A stretch of DNA of 64,000 nucleotides from Octopus vulgaris (GCA_951406725.2 OX597820.1:77004001-77068000); one strand, 5' to 3'; numbered from the stretch's first letter, positions 1 to 15,364 are shown. The notes: generated by a model from the letters alone, not told the origin. Numbers and translations are program-made.

Positions 1-950
1 TCTAGAGACACACTGTGGTATTGTAAGACACTTTTGCTTCCAAAATGTTGCTCAACCCATTGGAATCCACTGGGAATTGAATTTCGAGAATTTGAAGGTT
101 AGTTTATATAATTCTGCTCTTGCCATTATCATTCATTTCAGAGTCGCCTTCCGCAGCCTTCAATTTACCGCAAATCAAGAACCGAAGACAGCATGTAGAC
201 TTCGTCATAATTTCGCTGAAAATATATATTACAAATAATGGGAATATATTGAAAACTGAGGTAGTGGTATATCAAGAATTATATACTTGTAATAATAAAT
301 ATTAAAAAAAAGTATTTTATATGGTGATGTCTCAACATGGCCACTAACTCTGGCTGAAATAAGTGAAGGTAAAAATAACACGAAAAATAGGTCAATGGTC
401 ATTATAAATTACGGAGCAAATGAAAGCAGAATTTTATAAACAACATCAAAAGCAAATGTTACATCGCGATCGTCATTATCAATTGTATGATCAAGGAAAA
501 CACCATCACCTAATCATTAACTTTACATTGACAACAACAAAAGCAATATAAACAAAAGCAGTGAATAAAGCAAAATACAGCACGAATTTTTTTTTTTTTT
601 CAGGTATCTACATTTATCGTAGTGAATAGAGAGAGACGACGATTAATGATGCACGTATAACTAATTTCCCGTCAATAGGAAAGATAATTACAAGTGCAAT
701 GCAGATAAAAGGATGACAACCCCCTTTCTTTTTATAACACAATTTAAAATATCAAATTATGATTCTGCGGCTGGAGAAAAGTTCCTACATTTTTGTTTGG
801 ATTGAATTTCCATCGCACTGATATGAAGTTTTACTTCAGATACTAGAATTTTATCATACAATCATTCTATTTCTGTACATACATACACACACACGCATAT
901 ATATAAATGAATGCCTATAAGTGTGCGCGTGAGTGTTCATGCCTGTATAT

Positions 951-1008
<58 letters not shown>

Positions 1009-1258
1009 ATATATATGCACACACACGCACACACACACACACACACACACATATGTAGCTAGGTACGCGTTTATGTATGTATGCATGTATGTGTATGGCA
1101 GCGGTGAAATGAAAATTCAAATACATTTATTGAATTAGATATATTAGAGATGTACAGAATCCATTAAGAAGCGTACAATAATATTCACCAAAAAATTACA
1201 TTCCTGGCTTTTAGCGTACTTGGCTACTCAACAGGCGCACTTCTTACAGCATAAATAT

Positions 1259-1435
1259 ACTTTTCTATTCGAGCAACAAGGCTCGCAATTTTGGGAGAGG
1301 TGGCAATTCGATGAGACCTATCACAGTACGGAACTGCTACATAACTTATCAACCACGAAAGAATGAAAAGCAAAGTCAACCTCGGCGGAATTTGAACTCA
1401 AAACATAACGACCGACGAAATACAGCTAAGCCTGT
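1259..1435 (-). mobile_element. SINE family A (tRNA-derived), degenerate copy
   Basis: Reverse complement contains TTGAGTTCAAATTCCGCCGAGGTTGACTTTGCTTTTCATTC, the core shared with copies at 23457, 27535 and 59675. Confidence 0.75.
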
Positions 1436-1859
1436 AGCGTATATCTGTCTGAGCTTGCATAATCCAAATTTGTCCACCTGTCTAGTAGCTTCATTATTCC
1501 AAAAGTGGTAATACCCTTTACCTATTCTCATCATAAGGAATAGAAACTATAATTATTCGTTGCTTCCATCAAATGAAGTAGTAAGAGCCTATCATATGTC
1601 TAAATAAATAACAGAATTATGCATTCGTTCAAAATGACAACGAAAAGAAATTAATTTCATCTGCAACTTCAACTTCATTATTTATACATTAGACATTTCA
1701 CATCTACCGAAAACAAATCAATGCTTCTATTGACTTGTTGAAAATAATGAAAACACTATTTACAAATTGATGTATTTATAAGTACATATTAATATCTTGA
1801 CTCGAAACAAAGATTAAATACAAAAAATCGATTACACAGTCTCTCTCTTTCTCTCTCTT

Positions 1860-1894
<35 letters not shown>

Positions 1895-1905
1895 GTATGT
1901 ATAAA

Positions 1906-2402
<497 letters not shown>

Positions 2403-3809
2403 CTAATGTTTCCATTTTAGTGGATGAATTTAAGGTAAAATTAAACGTTTTTGGACAATGTGTGTATATTTTTTCATGCGAGGTAGATGTACAGTTAAAG
2501 AATTTATTATGAAGAGAGTAAAATTTGTGTGTGTGTGAATATATATATATATATATTATATATGAGGTTGTTTATATTTATAGGCGTAGTATATATGTGT
2601 GTGGGTGCGTGCGTGCATGTGTGTTTGTGTGTGTGTGAGTCTGCGTTTTTTTGTTCTTCACTGCTGCTTCAAAAGCGGTATTGGTTTGCTTACGTCCCAG
2701 TAAATTAGCTGTTTCTCAAAAATCTCTGGTTGAATGACTACCAAGTGTACATAAAACGTACTGGGATGTATTCATTCAACTAAAATTTCTCAAACCGGTG
2801 TCCCAGCATGACTGCAGTTCAGTAACTGAGGTAAAAAAACAAATAGGTGGGGAAAGAATAGAAAATGTAACTATAAAATTCATTTTTACGATTATATTAA
2901 TATTTATGTAGTAAATAATTTTACAACTAAAGGATTAGTGTTATTGAATGGTGAAAACTTTTATCGACTTAAATATTAAAAGTCTTTTAAATTTACTCTT
3001 AAATAAATATCGCGCATAAGATATTGAACGAAGGGAAAACTAGAAGACAACGAGTAAAATGTTTCTGAAGCACTGATTAAATGTTTACGTTATTTTTCAA
3101 CAAGATAATGGTTTATTAGCACATTATTTTATGTAGATATTCGGTAAATATTACTGGTTATTTCTAGTGCCATGCACTCTAACTGACGTTTTTAAAAAAA
3201 CTTAAGACTTTGCAATAAATATATAGAGAAAGCTTTTAAAAGAAACCTAACAAGTCTTCATGCATATTTCATCGCAACTTATCAGTCAGACGGGCATCAA
3301 CTCTTTTGGTAACATGAAAGTTTTCTTTTTATGTATCATTATTATCTATTTTTTCTTTTGAAATATTTAAGTATCGATTGTAGTTTGCTTCAAATTCCCT
3401 GCACAGAAAAACTAAGACTTAGCTGTACCAATTCTAAGGAAACACATTATTTGCTAAATATACACTACTGAATACCAAGAAGAATAGTAGAAACGAAAAA
3501 TGAAAATAAACAAGAAATCTTCACGTAGGATACAGAGGTGAGCAGAACTAGCCTCAGGAACTTAGAGTATTGAGTCAAGAAAAAGGAAGAATTCTTTGAA
3601 AAACTAAATGAAAATTGCATTGTGTAGTCATATGTATGTGCTTGTATGAAACACACACACGCACATATATACATGAGTGTGTTTACAATTTTATATAGAT
3701 GCATATACACACATGGCCACACACGCACACACACACACACACACACACGCACGCACACACACACACACACATACACACACACGCAAACACACACACACAC
3801 ATATATATA

Positions 3810-3895
3810 CTTCTAATTGTTGTTTCTCTTGTCCGCCTTTGTATCGTCTATCTGTCCAAACTATTTAATGTCCTCTACTGCGTTTTTGTTCCATT

Positions 3896-3968
<73 letters not shown>

Positions 3969-4685
3969 CGGCGTACTTACAGCCTTGTTCTCACCTTATA
4001 GCAGGTATGTATCTAAATTTTGGACGACTCTTACTATATCTTTTATCCTCCCCCGCATTTTTCTTCCTTTCTCTCGCTCCCATCTCTCACACTTCTTGGC
4101 CCTCTCTTTACCTCCCACTGTTTCCCACTCGTTTATCTCCCCTGCACTTTTCCCTTTCTCTCTAATGTTTTTGTAACCCTCCAACCTCCTCCTTCCATGT
4201 CACCGGTGTCCGGTCAACCATGATCTTTCTTTCTTGGCCTGACTCCCGACTGTCAACACGTCTAGTGTCTCCATCTCCCATGATCCTGCCTTTAGGGTTT
4301 CACTTCATACACGCCAGCTCAATTTGAATCGTTCTCAGTCGAACGACACCTGTTGTTATTTCTTGTTGTATTCGTAATTGTGTACCATGTTCTCCGTTTT
4401 TTTGTTTGTTTGTTTGCTTTTCTTCCTTTGTTGCCGTACACATTCGCTACCTTTCTTAAACGGGGTGTAACACTCTTAGCTTAGACATTTTTGGAGACAA
4501 CCAGATCGAGTCATCTGAAGTGTAACTGTCCGCAATGGTCGTGACTTTTGATACTTTACTGTTGAAAGAAACTCAAGAATGACCCGTCTTTTTCTACCTG
4601 TCATTCTAATAGTTTTTTCTCTTGTCCGCCTTTGTGTCGTCTATCTGTCCGAACGTTTTAATGCCCTCTATTGCGTTTTTGTTCC

Positions 4686-4690
<5 letters not shown>
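3810..4690 (+). mobile_element. (TA)n-embedded element with ~87-bp direct terminal repeat, Penelope pseudo-LTR-like
   Basis: 3810-3897 (TTCTAATTGTTGTTTCTCTTGTCCGCCTTTG...TTGTTCCATTT) is repeated at 4604-4690, each copy followed by (TA)n. The internal 4440-4581 segment is homologous to 50804-50949. Confidence 0.6.
4440..4581 (+). ncRNA. Candidate structured (pseudoknotted) RNA, copy 1
   Basis: Closing stem plus helices ACATTT/AAGTGT, GACA/TGTC and hairpin AGAT/ATCT; compensatory changes relative to copy 2. Confidence 0.45.
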
Positions 4691-4736
<46 letters not shown>

Positions 4737-4738
<2 letters not shown>

Positions 4739-4860
4739 AAGCTTGCTTCCCACCCACATGGCTTCGGATTAGTCCAACTCCGTGCACTTTGATCAAGTGT
4801 CTTCTAATATAGCCTCGGACCGATCAAAGCCTTGTGGGTGGAAACTGAAAGAAACCTGGG
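4737..4860 (+). mobile_element. SINE family B, partial
   Basis: AAGAAGCTTGCTTCCCACCCACATGG...CAAGTGTCTTCTAATATAGCCTCGGACCGATCAAAGCCTTGTG matches the 40158 copy. Confidence 0.7.
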
Positions 4861-4919
<59 letters not shown>

Positions 4920-5050
4920 ATATTGAGAATGTAATATCCTCGGAAGGAATTTTAAAAAATATCTGAATATCAGCTGGTGTTATCTAATATATATAGAAAG
5001 TTCCACAATATATATGGATAAACTGTCATATAATGTGTAAAGTAATATCA

Positions 5051-5689
<639 letters not shown>

Positions 5690-5748
5690 TGATAGATAGA
5701 TAGATAGATAGATACACACACACATATATGTATGTATGTGTCTATATT

Positions 5749-5787
<39 letters not shown>

Positions 5788-6329
5788 GCTTATGAATTGT
5801 GTTGCAAGACTCGCTGATGTGAATATCTCTGTTGGAACAGAGATTTTGTTGTATTTCGGCATGGTCTTTTCATTTTCTGAAAAAGCACTCGCACAATACA
5901 TCTATTCTTCACACGTTTATTGCTATTCTTATTCTATGCCATGTATATTGTCCAGAAAGATTTCGTCACACGTCAGTGCCCTCTTCAAAGACACTTTTCG
6001 TTTTCGTGTCTGGCACTTGCTCCACTTACTCTATTCTGCTCTTCTATAGTATGTATCCTTGTGTCCGTGTTTTTGTGTGTGTGTGTTTGTGTGTGTGTGT
6101 GAGTGTGTGTGCGTGTTTGCGTCTACGTAAGTGTATGTGTTATTGTTCTTAATAACAATATGGCATTCCCCTCAGCCCTATCTTCTCACCCTGTTGTGCT
6201 GCTGCTGTCTTAGGAGCCAAAAGTTTGGTACAGTTCCTGTATCCCTCTGTGTTTGTGTGTTAGCCCACAGTATAACCATCGTGATAGTTGCTTTTGTTGT
6301 TATTGCCGTCGTTGTTACCGCCGCTGCTG

Positions 6330-7572
6330 CTGACGTTGTTAGTCGTATTGTTGATACTGTTGCGGCCGTCTGTGAAGTTATTTTGTGTTTGTTTGTGTAT
6401 TTATATGGGTTCACTTGTCATGTTGTTTGAATCCATGCCTCTTATATAGATTCATTCTTTTTTCATCAAACTCTGTTTCTTCTATTTATCACAATTGCAA
6501 ACGTACGGTTTTGGAAATACACATACAACACTTCATCCACCGCATTCAACTCTATGGCTACAATCAAAGTTACAGGATTAGAGTGTACAAAAGAGCCATG
6601 ACTAAGTACAAAGCCTTCATAGTAGTGATGCTAAGGGGATTTGCCCGATGTACAGGGATAAAGCCTGGAACAGCCCATAAAGGACAAGGAATAAGATAGA
6701 TAAAGCCAACTCTTGGCATGACAACAAAATATAGAGCGTCATTTTCATCAATGCAACTCCTGGAGGCAAACTAGCATACCTTTCTAGAAAAGCTTTAAGT
6801 AAGTCTAATCTACGGATTAAAGCAGTAGGGAGGTGTGGTGTTCCTATAAAATCCTTGATCTATAGACCATATCCCTTTGCTAAGTCGCTACTTACGGAGA
6901 ACAATTGTGTTCTATGTGGGATGAACCTACAGGTTGACTGTAAGGTTAGGAAAATAGTGTATAGAAACATGACAACTACCTACACTGCATGGGCTGCACG
7001 TAGTATAGGAGAGCGCATAGGTGCTTATTGGCGAGAGCTCAAAGACGAAAAAGGCTCGTCAGTGTTCTACCAAGATGGTCCATGCATATCATGGATACAC
7101 GATTAATAGCACACAGGTTAAAATATCGACTCATACAACTGACACGACACTAAGAAAAGATCACAGAGGCTGTACACGTAGCAGTAGATAGACCAAGCCT
7201 CAAACACGAATGGAACAATAATACCCACCACCATACCACACGACATGACTAAAGATAGAAGAGAGGTGAAGAGAGAGGAAAAATATAATAATAAATGAAA
7301 CACAGATACAAACAGGATAATACACACACGATAGACATAAATGCACGTTACATACAAAAAATAGCCTACGTTCCACATAAAAAAATACAGATAGATAAAT
7401 AAAAATAAATAAATGTATTTGTCACATATCTGTGATAAATATCAGAAACAGAGATAAATTTTTTTTAAATGAATCTCTTCAAAGGGCATGGATACAAACA
7501 ACATACCCATATACACACACAATAACTTCACAGACGGCCGCAACAGTATCACCAATACGACTAACAACGACA
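6330..7572 (+). mobile_element. Degraded Penelope-like retroelement (thumb/linker + GIY-YIG endonuclease) with inverted termini
   Basis: ORF 6385-6699 has IQLYGYNQSYRIRVYKRA. ORF 6855-7106 has CVLC..DCKVRKIVY..YTAWAARSIGERIGAY..LKDEKGSSVFY (Cys linker plus GIY-YIG pattern). 6330-6450 is inverted at 7475-7572. Confidence 0.8.
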
Positions 7573-7581
7573 ACGAAATAC

Positions 7582-7669
<88 letters not shown>

Positions 7670-7670
7670 T

Positions 7671-9530
7671 CTGAGTATGTTGCCGTGCGTGTATTTGCGT
7701 GTGGATATATAACCAGAGGTAATCAGCATTGCCAGTAAACTCAATATGTTGAAACTTTCATTACGCGAAACTTTTGCCATGCTTTTTGATCAGCACATAT
7801 AAACTTATTCATATATATAGCTTACATTTTAAAGCTTGTGTCAACAGTTGAGTTTTCTAGCTTAGTTTGATGTCGGAAATTTTGAAGTTTATTTATCAAT
7901 AATTTACATTTTGTGTTTTCACAAATGTCGATACTAATGTTTCAGATTCTGTATTGCAATTTTCCACTCATATGAAGAACATGAATTATTGATCTCCGTA
8001 AGAGTTCTCTAATGAACAACGCTTTCTTATTTTTTTGCACTTTGTGTTCCGCGGAAAATGTCCATGCTAGACCTAACGCGGGGTTCCAGAACGATGAAAC
8101 TCACACCCAGTGGACGTTGGATGTGTGGATTCAATCAGAAGAACACACGTGGGCGATACTTGTGATATGGTAAAGTCATTAATGAAGCAGGGATTCTCTG
8201 GGAACTGAATGCGCTTTAACACAAATGTTTTATGTGATGGGAGAGTGTGGTAATACGAAAATAAAACAAAATCTTCTAAGCCCAATTTCTTGCTGGTATT
8301 GGCTTTGGTCTTATGCACAGTTTTGGTGCATCCAAAATTTGTGGCAACATAATGGAGGTTCATACTCTCACATTCGGTTTGTGAGGTTGGGAATATTTTG
8401 GTTCAAGAGATTTGCGAATTTGTTTTATCGCAAAGCTTAATGTCAGCTGCATTCTGAACATGAATTCATCGCTGAGATTGGGGTGGCATCTATTCTTACC
8501 TTGCCCATATTATCCAGCACAATATCATTTGGAAGTGTGAATGCAATGTTCAAGAACTCATAAGATCATTATTTCTAGAAACGTATGTGTCACTAGAGTA
8601 GGCTTTCTATTGAATTGCCGAGGTGTTCTGTTGATGTTTCGATATATTTATGATACACTGACTTACTAAACACATTGCCATTGTACAGCAAGCTATTACT
8701 CTCGACCTCAGAAAATGCTTAGAAACCAGGGTACTGAGATTAATTTAAGATGTGTAATTTTCGTGATAGTAGAAACAAATAACTCGATCTGATTTCCAAA
8801 TATAGGGTGTTTTGATGTCTTTCAGGTATATTATTTGCAAGGAATGAAAGTAGCCATTGTATGGTTCCACATATGATGTTAGTGTTACATCATATAGTTA
8901 AGAGTTGTGAAAGAGACCCTCCAATGCATATTGGTGACAATTGCATATCCATCATTTACACACAGGACTAGAGTTGTGCAATTTCGAGCCGGATCTGAAA
9001 ACGCAATTTAGAAGGTCTGTCAACTGTGAGCAATTTTGTCGGATTCTATTATTAGGCTTCATAGAATACTCTTTGCCAAAATATTTCTATCGATATGGTT
9101 TTCCTTTTCTACCGGAGGCATCAAGAAAATGTATTCTTCTCGTGTCAGAAGTACTCTGATACCTGTATAATTCGATTTCGTTTATGTATGACAAAGAGTG
9201 ATTCATATTGTCGGTCAGATTGTAACGTGAATGCTATAAGGGACCCTTGTCTAATAAAACATTGCTGATTGAAAATTGGAGTTGCATACTATACAGTGCA
9301 ATCCAACCCACACAAGATCCCTTGCATCTACAGCAAAATGTGGGCGTTAGTCCTTTCTTCTAGAGTTCTTCATACATTGTTTCTATCATAATACCATAGT
9401 GAATATTCTAAATTTGCGAACGTTCTTTCTCCTTTAACCGAGAGAATGGTAACACGACGTCTTTTAAAGGGCATTTTTCCAGTCTACATCGTGTTCCAAC
9501 AGCTATCGCTCTTCTCGCATGATTACCAGT
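7671..9530 (-). mobile_element. Degraded Helitron (RepHel PIF1-helicase region) with 3' terminus
   Basis: Minus-strand remnants: FLDASGRKGK (Walker A, cf. FLDAPGGTGKT) near 9100-9130, IMLPQILDAPKLC near 8315-8355, and FVLKRIQFP near 8200-8225. 3' hairpin CCGTGCG/CGTGTGG (7683-7704) followed by a CTCAG end at 7671. Confidence 0.85.
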
Positions 9531-9659
9531 ATCCGATCAAGACTCACCAAACAATGTTACTGTAAATATCAATATTAAATCCTTCATACTAACTCTAGCA
9601 TTATATCTAATAATATCAGGGACACCATAATTAACCAAGAATAATATAGAGAGAGTATA

Positions 9660-9869
9660 TATTAGTTTCAAATTTTGACACAGGCACAGCAAGTTCGGGA
9701 GAGGAGGTAAGTCGATTACATCGGTCCTAGTACTCAACTGGTAATTGTTTTATCGACGCCGAAGGGAGGAAAATTAATTCGACATGGGTGAAATTTGAAC
9801 TGAGAACGTGAACACGGACGAAATGCTGCTAAGAGCACTTCACCCGGCGTGTAACGATTCCGCCAGCGC
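9660..9869 (-). mobile_element. SINE family A
   Basis: Reverse complement of the GCTGGCGGAATCGTTA...GTTCTCAGTTCAAATT...GTCGATAAA core. Confidence 0.75.
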
Positions 9870-10458
9870 ATCAACATACTGAAAAGATATATGGTTGTAA
9901 GCCGTTTTCATGGAAATATCTCATTTAAAATTAAAACATTTTACGCGATTTCAAAGAACATGCAACATGGGAAATGTATATAGTTTACATTAAATTTGTT
10001 TTTCCTGTGAAAAATAATCAGGTATCATACATGATAAACAGGACTTTCAACTTTTATCATATTTGAAATATGCAGAAATATTCAGATTTAAAGACAGCTG
10101 AACATGAATGTTTAAGACCTAGATGCATTTTAAGTGTCAAACAATGAAATTACAAAATGCTCGATCTTGCATCGCAATAGAATTCGACTGTTAACTTTAG
10201 AAGATATTATTCATTGAAGTTGAAGGCAGAAGTTGAATGACTTAAGCATTGCAACTACACACAAATACACGCACGCTAACACACATCTACGCGCGCACAC
10301 GCACATTCATGCATACACATACCTATAGGTATGCATATATTATATAATTTATAACATATAATATATATGTGTATCGAAGGTGAAAGACAGAAATCGAGGG
10401 AAAGGGAAAGCTTGAAAGAGAGCAAAGAATATATGTGTATATGTATGTATATATGTAA

Positions 10459-10541
<83 letters not shown>

Positions 10542-10587
10542 GTTGCCATATATGTACATATATATGTATATATATTTATGCAAATAT

Positions 10588-10640
<53 letters not shown>

Positions 10641-11039
10641 TATTTACTAATGCATATGTATAAATATATGTAGTTATATATGTATATGCTTCCTTATAAA
10701 TGTGTGTCAGTGTCCATCTATGCGCTTATATATCTGTCCGTGGGTGTAAGCCGCGCCCCAATCAATAAAATTATGATTAAACTATAGAGCTGCAATTCAC
10801 TAGATAAACTGTAAATTAAAACAATATAGCAACTATACTTACCACATCAAAGTAAATTATGCTAATTTGCAGAAAATCATTTTAATATGTTTATTTACTG
10901 TCAACAATGTATACTAGAAGAATTAGACTATTAATTAAAACTCTAATTTAATTTATGCAAGAACTTTTTCAAAAAAAAAAACGTGTGTTATTAATTACAT
11001 TAATGCAAATATATAACTGGATTTGAAAACATTATGCAT

Positions 11040-11235
11040 TGGCGCAAGCGTGGCTGTGGTTTTTAGGCGCACGCGTTGTTTTACAGTAAGGAGAGTTGCT
11101 ACTCAGCTACATGTTCCCGGGTTCAGACCCTTTACCTAGCACTTTACGTATCATCTACTCATCTTCTATAGTCGAGGGTCGACCAATGCCTCGTGAGAGG
11201 ATTGCTTATACGGAAACAAAAAGAAATGAGTCGTA
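11040..11235 (+). mobile_element. SINE family B, degenerate
   Basis: GGCGCAAGCGTGGCTGTGG...CCCGGGTTCAGACCC...TCTTCTATAGTCGAGGGTCGACCAATGCC. Confidence 0.65.
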
Positions 11236-11479
11236 TATATATGTAAATATATATACACGATATGATATATGAGGATTATAAGATCCCTATGATTCAAAAT
11301 ATTGCATTTTAAAATCAAACCGATGGAAACATCTTACATCTAATAATCAATATTAATTCACATCTGGTATTCTTCTTACCGGTATTTTCGGCCCAACCTG
11401 CAAGTGGAAAAAGAAATTCACAAAATTTCTTACCGTATTCGTCCCGTACAATTTATGATAGGAGGTTTGGCAGAAGAGC

Positions 11480-11600
11480 ACACAGGCTGACCAAAATAAT
11501 TTCATGGAATGTAAAGAAATGACGTTTATTTTTCAACATAGTCTCTCTAGCAATCCACACAACTCTTTATCGTCGATGCAGCTTTTGGATCCCTTCGGTA
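11480..11600 (-). mobile_element. Mariner 3'-end remnant
   Basis: Minus strand ...TGTGTGGATTGCTAGAGAGACTATGTTGAAAAATAAA, the typical KCV..GDYVEK* end of mariner transposases. Confidence 0.55.
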
Positions 11601-13633
11601 AAGCTATGCTGCTGTATACCTGAAATGATATTAGAACACGTATTCTAGAGAGATGGACTGGAATTTTATTCTTTTTATCATAACTTGTGAATACTTAAAA
11701 CAATTGTGTGCCTAGAACATTGATTCATATAGAATATCTCAAATAATTGCCCGGATAAATAGTTTATTTACCAAGAATAATGAATGGAAAGATAAAATGT
11801 AGATCCACCTGTACTGAATATTCAGTAACGGTATTTGAATGAGAGCGATTTAGCGATTTGTAAATTTATCAAGAAGAAATTGCTTGATAAACATATTCAG
11901 GGAAGATAATAAGGAGTATATGGACAGAACAACTGTGAATCTTAAAGTCTATCTTTAGTCGAGCATTTGATGCTTTATAAGCCTTTTGAAAATCGTAACG
12001 ACGATGGCCTGGGGGGGGGGATTCAATCATAGATAGGAAAGAGAAAGATATCTGTTCATAGCCATTTTGCGAAAGAAAAAAGAAAGAAAAATTGCTTGGC
12101 ATTTGAAATGTGAAAAAAAAAAACCAAATTAAAAAAAAAGAAAAAAGAAAGGGGGTGGCCTTGGAGATAGGGTACAATCAGTCAACTGCGCACAATCATA
12201 GAGCAGCGAGAATCGAAGCATCAAAAAATTCTGAGAAATGACAAAATCTAAAAATTACAGCGTTGTTCCTGTCATAATGTTTGATGCCAGTGCTTGGATA
12301 GCATAAAAAATCAATATATAAGGAATATGAGATGAGAAATATCAGATTTGAAACTAGCGAAGGATCCATTCTACAACTTCAATGAAAATGAATACTTTAT
12401 TCCCAAAACATTACAAAGATGTCAAGGAACGGTCCTTGCTTTTGTATTCTTATTCTGGATAAAATATAACTCTCATAGTAAACGTCCAAAAATGGAATAT
12501 TTTATACAAAACAATCGTTGGTATGGAGATATAATATTTAAATTTTCAGTGCGTTTGTTACCTTAACTATTATGTGCGATAAACACATCTGAAGGAATTC
12601 TCAACTCTTTTGTATATGCTTTGTTATATCTGCACTAATATTTAAAATATATTCAAGACAATCTCAAGAATTTTGATCCGATTTATAGAACTTATCTGTA
12701 ACCATGAATTATAGAAAAGCGATTATCAAAAACTTTTGATCGATTTTTCCAACTACAAACTAATTAGATTACTATTTGAACAATTTTAAGCCTATTGTGC
12801 AAACTATTCAAAACATAGTTTAAATCATAAGGAAAAATATATAACATATTTAGATTTTTGTACGTTTGTAAACTTAATTATGAACATAATCATACACGTA
12901 TCTCCAGACTTATGTTATTGCGATATTAAACTTACTGAAGTACATTCAGATGTCAATTAATCCGAAACTACCTTGATAGATCATCCTAATCGAGGAATAT
13001 TTTGTCAAAGTACACAATTACAAAACTGAACGTGTAATGTATACGAGGAAGTCTTGAGAGATTTAACTGAAACGAACATTTTCGTTGAAAGCCAACGTAA
13101 AGTGCTCTGCACAAGATCTAGTATATTACAATCCAATTACTGCTATTAAACGTATTTCGATAAACACAAGCAAACTTTATAGCATCTCTACAATAGAAGA
13201 TTATATCGGAAGAAACAACGTCTTTTGAAAAGACGAATACAGAATATCTTTGCTGATATTCAATATTGTTACGTTAAAGATTAACCCAAACATCCCAATT
13301 TAGAGAATCTTACGAATTTTATCAATGATTGACATAGGTTTTAAATAGATTAACATGTATTTTTAAAGATTTTAATCAATTTTTTGTTAATTCATTGCTT
13401 GTGCTAGTTCGAAAAAAATAATCAGTTAATTGCTCGAAAGTCGTTGTATTAATCAGTGAAACATTTGCTATAAAACTGATGACTGATAAATATTCTTTGG
13501 GGAAATACTATTGGTGAACTTCCTGTAGACAGAAAGGCAAGCCCAGACACATAGTCATACAGAGAAGCGCACACATATGTAATTTCACTTGTGTAAAGTA
13601 ATATATATTTACGCATAATATATAGAAAGAAAT

Positions 13634-14230
13634 TTATATACGGAGTGGGAGATTCGGAATCCAGAATTTTTGCTGGTGAAGTCGTAGAAATTCTCTGACA
13701 ACCTCTTCAGTCTCTTTCCGGAGATATGCCAAAAATGTGGCCTTCCAGTAGGAACCCAGAGATTGCCGATAGTTTCTATTAATTTCATATAATTGAATTG
13801 AGCCTAAACATAATTCGAATATGTGGAGACGTATTCCAGCTTTTACACACGGTAACAATACCTTTTCCGTAGTCTCTTCTGCCAGTGAAGTTTTCATAGC
13901 CTCCGTTAAGTCTTGCAACTCTATATATCATTCATAGAACATTCAGTATCAGGTATGATTTAAAAAATGTTCTTTCCGGCGCAAATCCTCATGATACAAG
14001 TAACTCTTTACCAGTATTCAGACGGCTTCAATTCCTGCATGCCAGCTAACTTTCTTTCAACTGTAAATGTAATCAGTCAATGCCGTCGACGTATCCCTAA
14101 TGCATCAACCATTTGCAGAATAAAAGGGAACATCACAATTGTTCAATTTTGTATAAAATCCTTGTATTTATGTGTGCATATTTGGGTATAATTGACCCCG
14201 CTTTATAACGGGTGCGGGTTAATTGCCGTA
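13634..14230 (+). mobile_element. Degraded Helitron helicase C-terminus with 3' hairpin
   Basis: Plus-strand remnants LQSLSGD, PKHN, FFPAQILMI and PVFRRLQF occur in the order of the Helitron PIF1 C-terminus. GC hairpin at 14190-14224 (AATTGACCC...GGGTTAATT). Confidence 0.55.
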
Positions 14231-14383
14231 ACTTTAATGTTAGAGAAAGACACAGATACAAAAAATACCATGCTCACATAAGTATATACTGTGTTGATTA
14301 GTTCGTCTACATGGGTGTTCCACCATGTCCAAAGTGACATGACTGAAATAAGTTTAAAAGAACAAGGGAAAGTATAGAAAATT

Positions 14384-14414
<31 letters not shown>

Positions 14415-14432
14415 ATGTGTATATATATATAT

Positions 14433-14520
<88 letters not shown>

Positions 14521-14653
14521 ATACATATATGCATATGAGAGGGATGACCACTATGTGGAAAACACTTATGCTAGATGTAGATCCGCTGTTGTCATTCCAC
14601 TAAGGAATGTTCTCAAGAAAATTCACCAAACACCAGAACGTAAGTGATATAAT

Positions 14654-14774
<121 letters not shown>

Positions 14775-15364
14775 TGATAGACATACAGATAGACACTCAC
14801 ACAGACACACACACACATATATATGTATATAATCTTACTGTTAATAAAAGCCAATGTGCGTTGCATTCCGTTACTTAATAAATGAGAAAAATATATTGTA
14901 AATACACAAATGACAAATAAAAAAGTTATAACGTATGCTGAGTATACAAACGGCCGTAAGACAGACACAGAAGGTGTCTAAGTCGTTATCAGTTATTAAC
15001 CAGATGGTATAACTCAGTTTCTTATCACTGGTGATAAAACTGAAAGGCTTCCCATTCATGAGGTGCCCGCGAACGTTACGGAGAATATAGGACCGAGAGC
15101 CAACAATACATGGATATCAAACGATACAGAAATGAACATTCGAAAGTGAATAAATGTAATGTAAGACGATGGACGAAGGAGAAAGATGGAATAAATTAAA
15201 AAAAAACGAGCAAAATATATCCTCAAGGCCAAAAAGACACGAATGATGGGTAAAGCTTAGAGGCCAGCTCCCAAAGGATTAGAAAAACAATAAATATCAA
15301 GTCGTGCCAGTGAGACAGAGAATTGAGGACTGATAAGCTACGAGATCCTTGTAAAAATAGGGTG

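Noticed and set aside
586-660. Poly-T + CAG splice acceptor on the plus strand
   Set aside because: All frames stop within 60 nt and there is no clear donor; cannot be supported without RNA data.
12348-12566. 72-aa ORF (FYNFNENEYF..RWYGDIIF)
   Set aside because: No recognisable family, non-ATG start and no splice support.
13634-13918. 94-aa minus-strand ORF
   Set aside because: It is antisense to the degraded Helitron helicase remnant on the plus strand.
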